From NCBI GenBank assembly GCA_947481985.1, contig CANKIK010000001.1, forward strand, positions 53,769-117,768: a stretch of DNA of 64,000 nt, written 5' to 3'. Under the pieces are notes generated by a model. It was not told where the DNA came from, did not search any database, and saw only the letters and a list, made by a program, of their open reading frames with translations. The stretch comes from Planctomycetaceae bacterium (GTDB lineage Bacteria; Planctomycetota; Planctomycetia; Pirellulales; UBA1268). The position numbers and the translations under genes are program-made. This document shows positions 1-9,263 of this stretch, piece after piece (positions within the stretch are counted from its first letter, which is position 1; each line of letters opens with the position of its first letter).

Positions 1-1749
1 GACCAGCGCGTCATTGGCCCACCACGCCGGCCCAAACGGCTTTCCTGCCGACACGGCCAGATTAAAAACCATGCCGCAGGTCGATTGGTGCTGGGGGCCA
101 AAGTCAAACGTCGATGGCTCGTCGATGATGCTGGGGTTATGCAGCGGGTGGCGCGGGGGGAAGCCGAAGTGGCGCATTCCGGTGACGTTCATCCGTGGCG
201 CAGTGCCGTCGAGTCGAACATGAAGCAATTCATCGAGGGGATTGCCGTTGGCGAGCCAGGTCGCCCCTTCCTGTTCGGTGCAGAACAGGTCGCCACGGTC
301 GTTGAAGGCCAAGGCGATCGGAAAGCGGACCCCGGTGCAGACTGGCTCGCGGTGCGTAAGATCGGCTGAGATCCGCTGGATCGTGCCACGTTCGTCGCGG
401 ACGTCGTAGGCCGCCTTGCCGTCAACGTCGAGGAGATAGGCGTTGGAGAAATCGGCGACGTCGAGGGCAAAGTAGAGGCTGCCGTCGGGGCCCATCGCCA
501 GGCCCGTCGCATCGACGTTCTGCGCGATCTCTTTCCAGCCGCTGGCCACGACGCGCTCGTTGTCGATGATGTCATCGCCGTCGGTGTCGGTGAGCAGCGA
601 CACTTTTCCTTTCGAAGCCACGAACATCCCCTGGCCATGCGCGTAGCCGGGCGGCGTGAGGAGAAGACCGATCGGGCCACGGAGGTTGCCGGTGTTGTGG
701 TAGGAGCGGGCGGCGGTGTCTTCGAGACCATCGCCGTCGGTGTCATGGAGCAAGTGGATGTCGCCGCCGTACCCCAGCGTGACCAGTGTCCCATCGGCAC
801 GGAAACGGACGTTGTTGACGTTGGGAAGCGCCACTGGAATCTCCCGGACCGCGAAGCCGGGTACGAGCATTTGGATCGCCGGCGGATCAGCGACGATTTC
901 GAGGCTCGGGCCCCGTGTCGTCGCCAGGTCGAGCGTGGCCGGCAGGGCCGCGGCGAGCGCCGCAGACTTCTGGGTGAGGATGAGGCGGACGGTCGCCGCC
1001 TCTTCGAAGGTGAGCGCACGGTCGAAGAGCAGCACCTCGGCGATGTCCCCTTGGAGGCTTCCCCGGACCTGCTGCGCCCCGGGGCCGTTGGTGTAGTAGC
1101 GGGCGCCGAGCGTGATTTCGTCGAGCGAGATCAGTCCATTTTCAAAAGGCCGCGAGCCTTCCGGCGTGCCGTCAACAAGGAGGCGAACCTCCCCTGCAGC
1201 GGCATCGAGCACCACCTCGAAGACGTGCAGCAAGCCGAAGGGGGACGATGATGCGCGGAGGTCGCGGGCGCCGCCAAACCCCTTTCCTTCAACATTGATC
1301 TGCTCGAGGGAGCGGGTGGGGCCGGGGCCGAGATCGAGTGAGAGCCCCGATTCGTAGTCGCGTGCACCGGGGGCGTTGGTGGCAAAGAGACCGCGGAAGT
1401 CGCCGAGATTGGCATGGGGGGCGGCGACAACGAAGAGGGTGAGAGACTCGGCCTTCAGCCCGGTGGAGGTGAGGCGGAGGTGATCGTCGAGGCCGTCGAA
1501 GCGGAGGACCGATCCATTCCCCACTGTCACCGCGGTTGGCTGCGCCGCCGCATCACCTTGAACAAAGGCCCGCCCGGAGGTGGCCCGGTCAGCGAGGCTC
1601 GACACCGGTCCGGGAGCCGCATCGGCCAGGTCGAGGTGGAGGACGAGCCCCGGCGGAAGCTCGGCGGTGCGAACGGCCGCTGTCGGTCCGGCAAGCGATG
1701 CCCAAACCGCGATCAGGATGCTGGCGGTGCTGCGGAGAGGACAGGGCAT
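1..1749 (-). CDS. Secreted LamG-like + beta-propeller (membrane-bound-dehydrogenase/DUF7133-type) protein, N-terminal 583 codons; continues past the left edge
   Basis: Absent from the ORF track because it is open to position 1. My reverse translation from ATG 1749..1747 starts with a signal peptide (MPCPLRSTASILIAVWASLAGPTAAVRTAE...). It continues with a LamG-like segment (...NGLISLDEITLGARYYTNGPGAQQVRGSLQGDIAEVLLFD...). Then comes a propeller with DxDGDG motifs (...IPVALPNVNNVRFRADGTLVTLGYGGDIHLLHDTDGDGLE...). The frame stays open for all 583 codons. Track ORFs 189..1019(-) and 637..1251(+) are off-frame or antisense shadows. Confidence 0.6.
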   Translation of the reverse strand, partial: MPCPLRSTASILIAVWASLAGPTAAVRTAELPPGLVLHLDLADAAPGPVSSLADRATSGRAFVQGDAAAQPTAVTVGNGSVLRFDGLDDHLRLTSTGLKAESLTLFVVAAPHANLGDFRGLFATNAPGARDYESGLSLDLGPGPTRSLEQINVEGKGFGGARDLRASSSPFGLLHVFEVVLDAAAGEVRLLVDGTPEGSRPFENGLISLDEITLGARYYTNGPGAQQVRGSLQGDIAEVLLFDRALTFEEAATVRLILTQKSAALAAALPATLDLATTRGPSLEIVADPPAIQMLVPGFAVREIPVALPNVNNVRFRADGTLVTLGYGGDIHLLHDTDGDGLEDTAARSYHNTGNLRGPIGLLLTPPGYAHGQGMFVASKGKVSLLTDTDGDDIIDNERVVASGWKEIAQNVDATGLAMGPDGSLYFALDVADFSNAYLLDVDGKAAYDVRDERGTIQRISADLTHREPVCTGVRFPIALAFNDRGDLFCTEQEGATWLANGNPLDELLHVRLDGTAPRMNVTGMRHFGFPPRHPLHNPSIIDEPSTFDFGPQHQSTCGMVFNLAVSAGKPFGPAWWANDALV

Positions 1750-1821
1750 GGTCAAGTTTCCCAGGGAGGTGCGGTCTTTACACTATTCAATTCCAGTTCC
1801 TCCCACCAAGTCAGCGTGACC

Positions 1822-2775
1822 ATGACGCCTCATCCCGCCCCATCAGGTCCTGTTGTCGCCGCCGGTCTTTCCCCGGCCTGGCAGTCGATCATGCGTTTCG
1901 ACGCACTGGTGCCAGGGAATGTCAATCGGGCCACCGAGATATGGCGTTGTGCCAGCGGCAAGGTGCTCAATGTCGCCGTGGCACTTCACTCCCTCGGGTG
2001 CGACTGCCGGGCGGTGACGGTGCTCGGTGGCGTGCCTGCTGCCGCGACGGCTGCGGAGTTTGTCAGTCTCGGAATCGATCTGATTGCCGTGCCGACGGAT
2101 GCCGAGACAAGGACCTGTACGACGCTGCTGGACAGCGCCACTGGAAAGACGACCGAGCTGGTGCAGAACGCAGGCCCGGTGACGGCCGCCGAACTCGCCC
2201 GGTTCATCGAGGCCTATGCTGTTGCCGTGACCGATGCGTCGGTCGTCGTCCTTTCCGGATCGCTTCCTGCCGGCACCCCCTCGACGATCTACCGCGATCT
2301 GCTCGGAGTCACATCCTGTCCGGCGCTTCTCGATGCCCGTGGTCCGGAACTCCTCGCGGCGCTTCCCTGTCGGCCGTTGCTGGTGAAACCTAATCGGGAG
2401 GAACTGGCAAAGACGGTGGGGAGATCGCTTGAAAGCGAGGCCGATCTCCGCAGGGGCATGGAGGAGCTGCGGGAACTGGGGGCTGGATGGGTGCTGGTGA
2501 CTGATGGCGCTCAGCCGGCGCTGGTGATCGATCCCCAGGGAAACTGGTTCCGATTCGTTCCGCCGTCGATCGAAAGAATCGTCAACCCAATCGGTTGTGG
2601 CGACTGTCTGGCGGCGGGGTTCGCCGTGCAGATCGCCCGCGGCAGCGAACCGCTTGAGGCGCTCCGCTTCGGCATGGCCTGCGCCGCTTTCAACTGCGGC
2701 ACCCTTCTGGCAGGGCGGCTGGAGCGGCCGGCGGTGGAAACGCTTGTCAAAAGCGTGCGGATCGAACGGGCGTGA
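1822..2775 (+). CDS. PfkB-family sugar kinase (1-phosphofructokinase / tagatose-6-phosphate kinase-like)
   Basis: In-frame ATG at 1822 inside track ORF 1414..2775; the upstream part overlaps the divergent gene and is Arg/Gly-rich junk. 317 aa. Motifs: GKVLNVAVAL, LVKPNREEL, and the C-terminal NPIGCGDCLAAGF (GxGD ATP/anion-hole motif) of ribokinase-fold FruK/LacC/PfkB kinases. Confidence 0.8.
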   Translation: MTPHPAPSGPVVAAGLSPAWQSIMRFDALVPGNVNRATEIWRCASGKVLNVAVALHSLGCDCRAVTVLGGVPAAATAAEFVSLGIDLIAVPTDAETRTCTTLLDSATGKTTELVQNAGPVTAAELARFIEAYAVAVTDASVVVLSGSLPAGTPSTIYRDLLGVTSCPALLDARGPELLAALPCRPLLVKPNREELAKTVGRSLESEADLRRGMEELRELGAGWVLVTDGAQPALVIDPQGNWFRFVPPSIERIVNPIGCGDCLAAGFAVQIARGSEPLEALRFGMACAAFNCGTLLAGRLERPAVETLVKSVRIERA

Positions 2776-2804
2776 GCGCGAAGGGCCTCGGTGCGGGCTC
2801 CTGG

Positions 2805-4121
2805 TTAGGGGAGCTTTGAGATGCGGATCCGTCGGTATTCCAGTTGTCCCGAATCCCCTTCAAGGCCGATCGGACCGGTCTCGGGCACGGGCAATGCCAT
2901 TTCCAGGATGTCGCCGTTGCAGCGGCAAAGTGCCTTGCCGTCGATGACCGTGATCACCAGCTCATTCCAGTCTTGCGGCTTGTAGTGCTTCAGTTCCTTG
3001 TAGGGCCCGGCGAGGAGGTAATCGCGGCACTGGAGCTGCGGCGCACGGATAAAGACGCCGCTGTCGGCCGTGGGGGTGGCGCGGAACTCGAGCTTGAGGA
3101 GGAAGTTGCCGGGGAAGTCTTTCGTCGTCCAGAGCTGTTCGCCGCGGCGCCCCTCCGGCGGCGTGGTGACGACGATCCGGCCATTGCGGGCGACGTAGCG
3201 TCCGTCGGGGCTGCTTGTTCGGCCGTCGAGATCGAGCTGTTTCCCAAGCGTCGGCTGATCGCGGTAGCCCCACCCGGAAAGATCACGGCCATTGAAGAGC
3301 ATCTCGAAGCCGGCCTCGGGTTGAAAGTCGTCGGCCGGTGCGGGAACCAGTTCGAGCGTCTCGAGCACCGGCCGGATGGCGGCTGTCCATTTGGCGTAGC
3401 CGGCAGCGTTGGGATGGAGGAGATCGGGGAACTCCTCCGCCTTGGCATCACCGGTAGGATCGGCAAACAGTGTCCAGGTGTCGATAAGGCGGACGCGCGA
3501 GTCCCCTTTCACGGCCTCGGCGACGAGGGCATTGAGCTGCTTGATCTGCTCCGCCGGCCGCTTCTTGTCGGCGGCACTGGGAAAGACCTGGCAGACGATG
3601 ATCGGCGTCCGTGGGTTTTTTGCTTCGATGGCCGCGATGATCGCCTTCACGTTGGCGGCAATCGTCTCGGGCTCTGCCCCCTCCTCGAGGTCGTTGGTGC
3701 CCATGAGCATGACGACGCCTGATGGTTCGAGGGCGAGGACGTCATCGGCCAGTCGCAGAAGCATGCCGCGGGTCGTGTCGCCGCTGATGCCGCGGTTGGC
3801 GAGCTTCGCGCCCGGAAAGACGTGGTGGAAATCGTCTCCAAAACCCTGGGTGATCGAGTCGCCGAGGAACACCAGCGCCCGCTTGTCGGCGGCCTTCTTC
3901 CCGGCCCACTCGCTGCGGCGCTGCTTCCAGAGATCCTTAAACCAGTCGTAGCGGCGGATCGGCCCGACGCCGGGGAGGCCATCGTCAGAGTCGGGGATCG
4001 CAAACGCCGCCGGCTCGTCGCCGCGGGCCGCAGGGCAGGGCAGGGGGCCGGCGAGGAGCGCGGCGACGGTGCCCGAGAGGAGGAGGATCCGGGCCACGGC
4101 GGGAAAGAGTGTGTATTTCAT
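2805..4121 (-). CDS. Secreted SGNH/GDSL hydrolase fused to a DUF1080 (LamG-fold, 3-keto-disaccharide-hydrolase-like) domain
   Basis: ATG at 4121..4119 within track ORF 2805..4556 gives a signal peptide (MKYTLFPAVARILLLSGTVAALLAG). FLGDSITQG (block I Ser), GTND and DLLHPN (block V DxxH) mark an SGNH esterase. The C-terminal FEMLFNGRDLSGW...FLLKLEFR...DSGVFIR...LEYRRIRI matches the DUF1080 pattern. Confidence 0.8.
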   Translation of the reverse strand: MKYTLFPAVARILLLSGTVAALLAGPLPCPAARGDEPAAFAIPDSDDGLPGVGPIRRYDWFKDLWKQRRSEWAGKKAADKRALVFLGDSITQGFGDDFHHVFPGAKLANRGISGDTTRGMLLRLADDVLALEPSGVVMLMGTNDLEEGAEPETIAANVKAIIAAIEAKNPRTPIIVCQVFPSAADKKRPAEQIKQLNALVAEAVKGDSRVRLIDTWTLFADPTGDAKAEEFPDLLHPNAAGYAKWTAAIRPVLETLELVPAPADDFQPEAGFEMLFNGRDLSGWGYRDQPTLGKQLDLDGRTSSPDGRYVARNGRIVVTTPPEGRRGEQLWTTKDFPGNFLLKLEFRATPTADSGVFIRAPQLQCRDYLLAGPYKELKHYKPQDWNELVITVIDGKALCRCNGDILEMALPVPETGPIGLEGDSGQLEYRRIRISKLP

Positions 4122-4410
4122 GGGCACTATCATGCCTGCTCGCCGCCATGACGGGCAACCGTGAGCACAAAATGTCTCCTTATCCGGCCAGAAAGCACAG
4201 GTCATCACAGGGGCTGGGGGCGACCATCTCTTGCGGTGGAATCTTGCGGTGGAAGTGTCTGCGAAAGGGTGAATCGCCAGGGATACGTGGGCCAAGGGGG
4301 CCCCACCGTCGGCTTTGAAGTGCGACTCAAGTGATGTCAGGACGGCGGGGTTCGTCGTGGCGGCAGGGTACAACAGCGGGGTTGCCACGACGTCCTCCGA
4401 GTTTCCGCTG

Positions 4411-6963
4411 ATGCCCCCATCCCTGTTTCCCCCTGTTTCCCACACTCCCCGCCCGCTGCCCGCCCCGGTGGCCGACGAACCGGCCCGGATGACTGCCCGG
4501 ACGCTGGAAGGGCTCGAGTGGGTGCTGGCTCGGGAATTGGAAGCCATCGGAGCCACCGATCTGCGGATCGGACGGCGGACAATCGAATTCTCTGTGCCGG
4601 AGGGCCGCGAAAAGGAAACGCTCTACCGGGCGGTGCTCGAGAGCCGAACGGCGATCCGCATCCTGGAGCCCCTCGGCAGGTTCCGGGTGGAGAGCCCCGA
4701 GTCACTCTACGCCGCGATGGAGCAGATCGACTGGCGCGAGCAACTCAAAGTATCCGACACGCTCCGTGTCGATGCCGCCATCCACAATACCTTCCTCAAC
4801 CATTCGCTCTACGCGGCGCAGATCGTCAAGGACGCGGTCGTCGACCAACTCCGCACCCCCAGCGGCAAGCGGCCGAACGTGCAACTCCGCGGCGCCACCC
4901 TCCGCTTGGCGCTGCATCTGGTTGGTGACACGGCGACGATCTTCCGCGATGCCGCCGGCAATTCGCTCCACCAGCGCGGCTGGCGCATGGGGGAGGTTGA
5001 CGCCCCTCTCTCCGAGGTGCTCGCGGCCGGCATCCTCGCCATCGCCGGCTGGACACCGGGCGAGCCGCTCCTCGATCCGATGTGCGGCTCGGGAACGTTT
5101 GTCGTTGAGGCGGCGACGATCGCTGCAGGAATGGCACCGGGTCTGTGGCGGGCACGCCGCAAGGGGCACGGCTTTTTCAGGTTTCGCGACTGCGACCGCG
5201 ATCTCGCCGGCCGGTTGGTGGAGGAACTCGAAGCCCGCGTCACCACCCCCCAGGGAAGTTTTCAGGCCAGCGATCTCGACGCCAAAGCCGTCGAGGCGAC
5301 GCGGCTGTGTGCCGAATCGGCCGGTGTCATCGCGGCGCTAACCATTGAACAAAAACACTTCGAGCAGGCGATGCCGGCAGCCGAACACGGCTTCGTCGTC
5401 ACCAATCCACCCTACGGCGAACGGCTCGCGCTGCAGCGGGCCGGGGCGCTCTTCCGCCGCATCGGCGACTGGCTCGTGCAGCGCTGCGGCGGCTGGAGGG
5501 CGGCGGTCCTCGCTCCCGACACCGAGGCAGCAGGCTTCCTCGGTCTCCGGCCAACCTACCGCGTGCCACTTCCCAACGGCCCGATTGCCTGCCGGCTGTT
5601 GGAGGTCGAGATCCGGGCCCGCGCTGCGGCACCACCAGCAGTTCCCCCAGCCAATCCGCCACAGACCCCCGCAGAGACTCCTCTGGCCTCCTCCGAGACT
5701 CCTCTGGTCGCCGGTTCGGCCTCCGCGCAAGTCTTACCGCGCGAGCTCTCTTCGCCTGATCGCGCCGCACCGGTTTCCTCCTCTGCCGAACCGCAACGGC
5801 AGGCTGACGCGGGACAGGAATGCGAACCCAATGACGATGCCACCCCCAAGTTCGCCGATCATTCCTCAGTATCACCACCATTTCCGCCGGTGGTCTTCCC
5901 GTCTGGTGTGGCCCTTGAGGCTGCCGAAATGCTGTTCCCCACAGGGCTTGCTCCGGCCCGTGTCGAGCCCCCCCCGATCGTTCCACACCGCGGATCGGTG
6001 CGGACTGTCGACGACCAGATCGGCGACTTCCGCCGTCGGCTCGCCAAGCGCTTCAAGCATCTTGCCAAGTGGGCGAGGCGCGTCGGCACCGATGCCTTCC
6101 GGATCTACGACCGCGACATCCCCGAGGTGCCGCTGGTCATCGACTGGTATGCCGGCTGGCTCCATGCCGCCGAATACGAGCGGCCGCACGACCGCACGGA
6201 GATCGAGCACGAGGTCTGGCTCGACCGGATGATCGAGGCGGCTGCCGCGGAACTCGGCGTCCCCCACGACCGGACGTTCATGAAACTCAGACGTCGGCAG
6301 CGCGAGGGAGGGCAGTACGAGAAGGTGGACAAGCGTCAGGCGCTGCTTGATGTGCAGGAGGGGGGGCTTGCGTTCCAGGTCAACCTCTCCGATTACCTCG
6401 ACACCGGATTGTTCCTCGACCATCGCCTCACGCGGGGGATGGTGAGGGCCGAGGCCGCGGGGAAGCGGATGCTCAACCTCTTCTGCTACACGGGCAGTTT
6501 TTCGGTCTACGCGGCGGCCGGCGGCGCCACCGAGACGGTCAGTGTCGACCTCTCCAACACCTACCTCGATTGGACGCGCACCAACCTCTCGCTCAACGGT
6601 TTCACCGATGCCGACCGCCACCGGATTGTCCGCGACGACGCGCGGGCCTTTCTCGAGCACCGGGCCCGACGCGGCGAGCCGCGTTTTGATCTGGTGGTGG
6701 TCGACCCTCCCACGTTCTCTCGCTCAGCCCGCAGCGAGAACCCCTGGGATGTGGAACGCGACCATCCCGAACTCCTCGCCTTGGTAGCCCGCAATCTCAT
6801 CCCAGGCGGCATTGTCTACTTCTCCACTAATTTCCGTCGCTTCCACTTCGCGGAGCAAACACTCGCCGCCGACTACTCCCTCCGCGAGATCAGCAATCGC
6901 ACGATTCCCGAGGATTTCCGCAATGAACGGATCCACCGGGCCTGGCGGATGGTGCGTCATTAA
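4411..6963 (+). CDS. rlmL: Bifunctional 23S rRNA (guanine-N2/N7) methyltransferase RlmKL-like (THUMP + two SAM-MTase domains) with a long Pro-rich linker
   Basis: The N-terminal half has TARTLEGLEWVLARELEAIGA (THUMP start), DPMCGSGTF and VVTNPPYGERL (NPPY N-methylase motif). The C-terminal half has LNLFCYTGSFSVYAA...DLVVVDPPTFS (RlmK/RlmI-type MTase). Start is ambiguous: ATG 4411 or ATG 4489. Track start 4315 is probably too far upstream. Confidence 0.85.
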   Translation: MPPSLFPPVSHTPRPLPAPVADEPARMTARTLEGLEWVLARELEAIGATDLRIGRRTIEFSVPEGREKETLYRAVLESRTAIRILEPLGRFRVESPESLYAAMEQIDWREQLKVSDTLRVDAAIHNTFLNHSLYAAQIVKDAVVDQLRTPSGKRPNVQLRGATLRLALHLVGDTATIFRDAAGNSLHQRGWRMGEVDAPLSEVLAAGILAIAGWTPGEPLLDPMCGSGTFVVEAATIAAGMAPGLWRARRKGHGFFRFRDCDRDLAGRLVEELEARVTTPQGSFQASDLDAKAVEATRLCAESAGVIAALTIEQKHFEQAMPAAEHGFVVTNPPYGERLALQRAGALFRRIGDWLVQRCGGWRAAVLAPDTEAAGFLGLRPTYRVPLPNGPIACRLLEVEIRARAAAPPAVPPANPPQTPAETPLASSETPLVAGSASAQVLPRELSSPDRAAPVSSSAEPQRQADAGQECEPNDDATPKFADHSSVSPPFPPVVFPSGVALEAAEMLFPTGLAPARVEPPPIVPHRGSVRTVDDQIGDFRRRLAKRFKHLAKWARRVGTDAFRIYDRDIPEVPLVIDWYAGWLHAAEYERPHDRTEIEHEVWLDRMIEAAAAELGVPHDRTFMKLRRRQREGGQYEKVDKRQALLDVQEGGLAFQVNLSDYLDTGLFLDHRLTRGMVRAEAAGKRMLNLFCYTGSFSVYAAAGGATETVSVDLSNTYLDWTRTNLSLNGFTDADRHRIVRDDARAFLEHRARRGEPRFDLVVVDPPTFSRSARSENPWDVERDHPELLALVARNLIPGGIVYFSTNFRRFHFAEQTLAADYSLREISNRTIPEDFRNERIHRAWRMVRH
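5674..5707 (+). repeat. In-frame tandem duplication (period 21 nt) of gagactcctctgg inside the rlmKL linker
   Basis: gagactcctctgg occurs at 5674..5686 and again at 5695..5707. It encodes ETPLASS/ETPLVAG within the low-complexity Pro/Ala/Ser linker. Confidence 0.6.
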
Positions 6964-7044
6964 GCCCTACTGGCAGCCTCGGACGGCGGCCGGCCGGGAC
7001 GGGGGCGTGTTGCGGCCGGAAAACCTCGGTTCTACATTCCTCCT

Positions 7045-8304
7045 ATGGCATCTTCCTCTCGCTTATCGCGCTGGCTTCTTCTCCCCGTGCTGGGGATGTT
7101 CGTGGTCACGGCCTGCCGGCCTGCCGATCCGGACCTCGTAAAGATTGTCAGCAGCCTGCCCCGCACGGGCTCGGCGAAGCACCAGTCCGACACGCTCGTT
7201 CGTGGGATTCGGATGGCGATTGAGGAGGCTGAGGGGAGAGTGGGGCCGTTCCGCGTGGAATACCTCGACCTCGACGACTCCACCGCTGCCGCTGGCCAGT
7301 GGACCAGCGAGGCAGAGGCCGCCAACGCCCGCCGTGCGCTGCAGGATCCCGATGTCTGTGCCTACATCGGCACGTTCAATTCCGGAGCGGCCAAGGTGTC
7401 GATGCCGATCCTCAATCTCGGCGACTTGCTCATGGTCTCACCGGCCAACACCGCCGTCGGTCTCACCAAGCCTGGGATGGGCACGCCTGGCGAACCGGAG
7501 GTCTACCGTCCCACCGGCCGTCGGAACTACGCCCGTGTCGTTCCTGCCGACGACCTTCAAGGGCCGATGGCTGCCGACTGGGCTGTCCGCCGCGGCGTGA
7601 AGAAGGTCTACATCCTTGACGACAACGAGGTGTATGGCAAAGGAATCGCTGATCTCTTCGACGAGCGTTGTCGGGAGTTGGGGGTGGAGGTCCTCGGGCA
7701 CGACTCGATCGACGCCAAGGCGCAGGAATTTAAGTCGCTGATGGCGAGCGTCAAGGCGACGAAGCCTGATCTTGTCTACTTCGGTGGCACGACACAGAGC
7801 AAAGGGGGGCAACTCGCCAAGGACATGACCGCCGCCGGTGTGGGAGCGATCCTCATGGTGCCTGACGGCTGCATGGAGCAGGTGTTCATCGATTCCGCCG
7901 GCGCGGCAAACCTCGAGGGGCGCTGCTTTGTGACCTTCGGTGGCCTGCCGCCGGCAAAACTGACCGGCAAGGGAGGGGAGTTCGTGCAACGCTACCGGGA
8001 GAAACATGGTGAGCTCCCCGAGGCCTACGCGGTGTATGGCTACGAAGCAGCGCGCGTGGCATTGCATGCCATCGCGACCGCCGGTAGCAAGGACCGCCGT
8101 GCGATCACCGATGCAGCGCTTGGGATCCGCGACTTCGACGGTGCTCTTGGACACTGGGGCTTCGACGAGAACGGCGACACCACGATGCGGACGCTGACGG
8201 TGAACATCGTGCGGAATGGCAAATTCGAGTTTGAGGAGGTCCTGCACGAGGCCGATCTGGTGGCCGAACCGGCTGCTTCCGCGGGGGCGACGCCGGCTCC
8301 CTGA
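7045..8304 (+). CDS. livJ: Branched-chain amino-acid ABC transporter substrate-binding lipoprotein (LivJ/LivK, type-1 periplasmic binding fold)
   Basis: 419 aa. Lipoprotein signal with lipobox (LLLPVLGMFVVTAC). Body resembles Leu/Ile/Val-binding proteins (IGTFNSGAAKV, YARVVPADDLQG, VYILDDNEVYGKG). Sits directly upstream of livHMGF. Confidence 0.8.
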   Translation: MASSSRLSRWLLLPVLGMFVVTACRPADPDLVKIVSSLPRTGSAKHQSDTLVRGIRMAIEEAEGRVGPFRVEYLDLDDSTAAAGQWTSEAEAANARRALQDPDVCAYIGTFNSGAAKVSMPILNLGDLLMVSPANTAVGLTKPGMGTPGEPEVYRPTGRRNYARVVPADDLQGPMAADWAVRRGVKKVYILDDNEVYGKGIADLFDERCRELGVEVLGHDSIDAKAQEFKSLMASVKATKPDLVYFGGTTQSKGGQLAKDMTAAGVGAILMVPDGCMEQVFIDSAGAANLEGRCFVTFGGLPPAKLTGKGGEFVQRYREKHGELPEAYAVYGYEAARVALHAIATAGSKDRRAITDAALGIRDFDGALGHWGFDENGDTTMRTLTVNIVRNGKFEFEEVLHEADLVAEPAASAGATPAP

Positions 8305-8341
8305 TCCCGCACCATCTTTCCCGAACCCGCAGGTCCCGCGC

Positions 8342-9262
8342 GTGTCAGCTCAGTTTTTTCTCCAGCAGTGCCTTATCGGGCTCACCAACGGTGCCCTGAT
8401 CGCGCTGGTAGCGCTGGGCTACACGATGGTCTACGGCATTATCGGCCTGATCAATTTCGCTCACGGCGACCTGATCATGCTCGGGGCCTGTCTGGCGCTG
8501 TCGATAGTCGGCGCCCTCGGCCTGGCCGCCGTCGATCCCGCAGTCACGTGGGTGGCGATCGCCGGACTGGTGCTCGTTTGCGGACTGGCTTGCGGATCGC
8601 TGAATGTGGCGGTCGACCGGATTGTCTACAAACCGCTCCGCAACGCCCCGAAACTCGCGCCGCTGGTGTCGGCGATTGGAGTCTCGTTTATCTTCATGAA
8701 CATCGGCTTGTTCTGGCTTGGATCGGCCGACAGGTCGTTTCCGGAACTCCTCCCTTCGGACAACGTTCTTCCCGACGACTGGGGGCTGCAGTTCACCCAG
8801 AAGGATCGCTTGGTGGTGCTGATTGTGGTGCCGTTGATGGTGGCCCTCTCGATCCTCGTCCGGTGGACGAAACTGGGGAAGGCGATGCGGGCGGTGTCGC
8901 AGGACCCGACCGCGGCGGCGCTGGTCGGTGTCGATGTCGACAGAGTGATCGCTGCCACGTTCTTCATCGGCGGGTTTCTCGGTGGTGCCGCCAGCGTGGT
9001 CTACAGCCTCTACATCAACACCATCGGTTTCCAGATGGGATTCCAGAACGGACTCTATGCGTTCACCGCGGCCGTTCTGGGGGGGATCGGGAGTATTCCC
9101 GGCGCCGTCCTCGGCGGTGTGGTGATCGGATTGGTGCGGGCGCTGGCCAGTGCCTACGTCGGCGAGCGCTGGACGGGGGCGATCGTATTCGCCATCCTGA
9201 TCGTGATCCTCGTCTTCCGCCCCGAGGGACTTCTCGGCAGGCGGGTCAGGGAGAAGGTGTGA
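8342..9262 (+). CDS. livH: Branched-chain amino-acid ABC transporter permease LivH
   Basis: GTG at 8342, in frame within track ORF 8216..9262 and just after the livJ stop. It gives VSAQFFLQQCLIGLTNGALIALVALGYTMVYGIIGLINFAHGD, which aligns colinearly with the E. coli LivH N-terminus (MSEQFLYFLQQ...YTMVYGIIGMINFAHGE). 306 aa. Confidence 0.9.
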   Translation: MSAQFFLQQCLIGLTNGALIALVALGYTMVYGIIGLINFAHGDLIMLGACLALSIVGALGLAAVDPAVTWVAIAGLVLVCGLACGSLNVAVDRIVYKPLRNAPKLAPLVSAIGVSFIFMNIGLFWLGSADRSFPELLPSDNVLPDDWGLQFTQKDRLVVLIVVPLMVALSILVRWTKLGKAMRAVSQDPTAAALVGVDVDRVIAATFFIGGFLGGAASVVYSLYINTIGFQMGFQNGLYAFTAAVLGGIGSIPGAVLGGVVIGLVRALASAYVGERWTGAIVFAILIVILVFRPEGLLGRRVREKV

Positions 9263-9263
9263 C

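Noticed and set aside
189-1430. Track ORFs 189..1019(-), 637..1251(+), 716..1096(+) and 1131..1430(-).
   Set aside because: They are Arg/Pro/Ser/Ala-rich low-complexity translations. All lie inside the 583-codon minus-strand frame, which gives a sensible signal peptide, LamG segment and propeller. They are off-frame or antisense shadows typical of high-GC DNA.
7011-7045. TTGCGG-N17-TACATT ending 6 nt before the livJ ATG, with CCTCC (anti-SD-like, not SD) just upstream. This suggested a leaderless livJ mRNA.
   Set aside because: The -35 match is poor (3/6) and the geometry is only approximate. The idea rests on a single weak motif, so it is too speculative to report as a feature.
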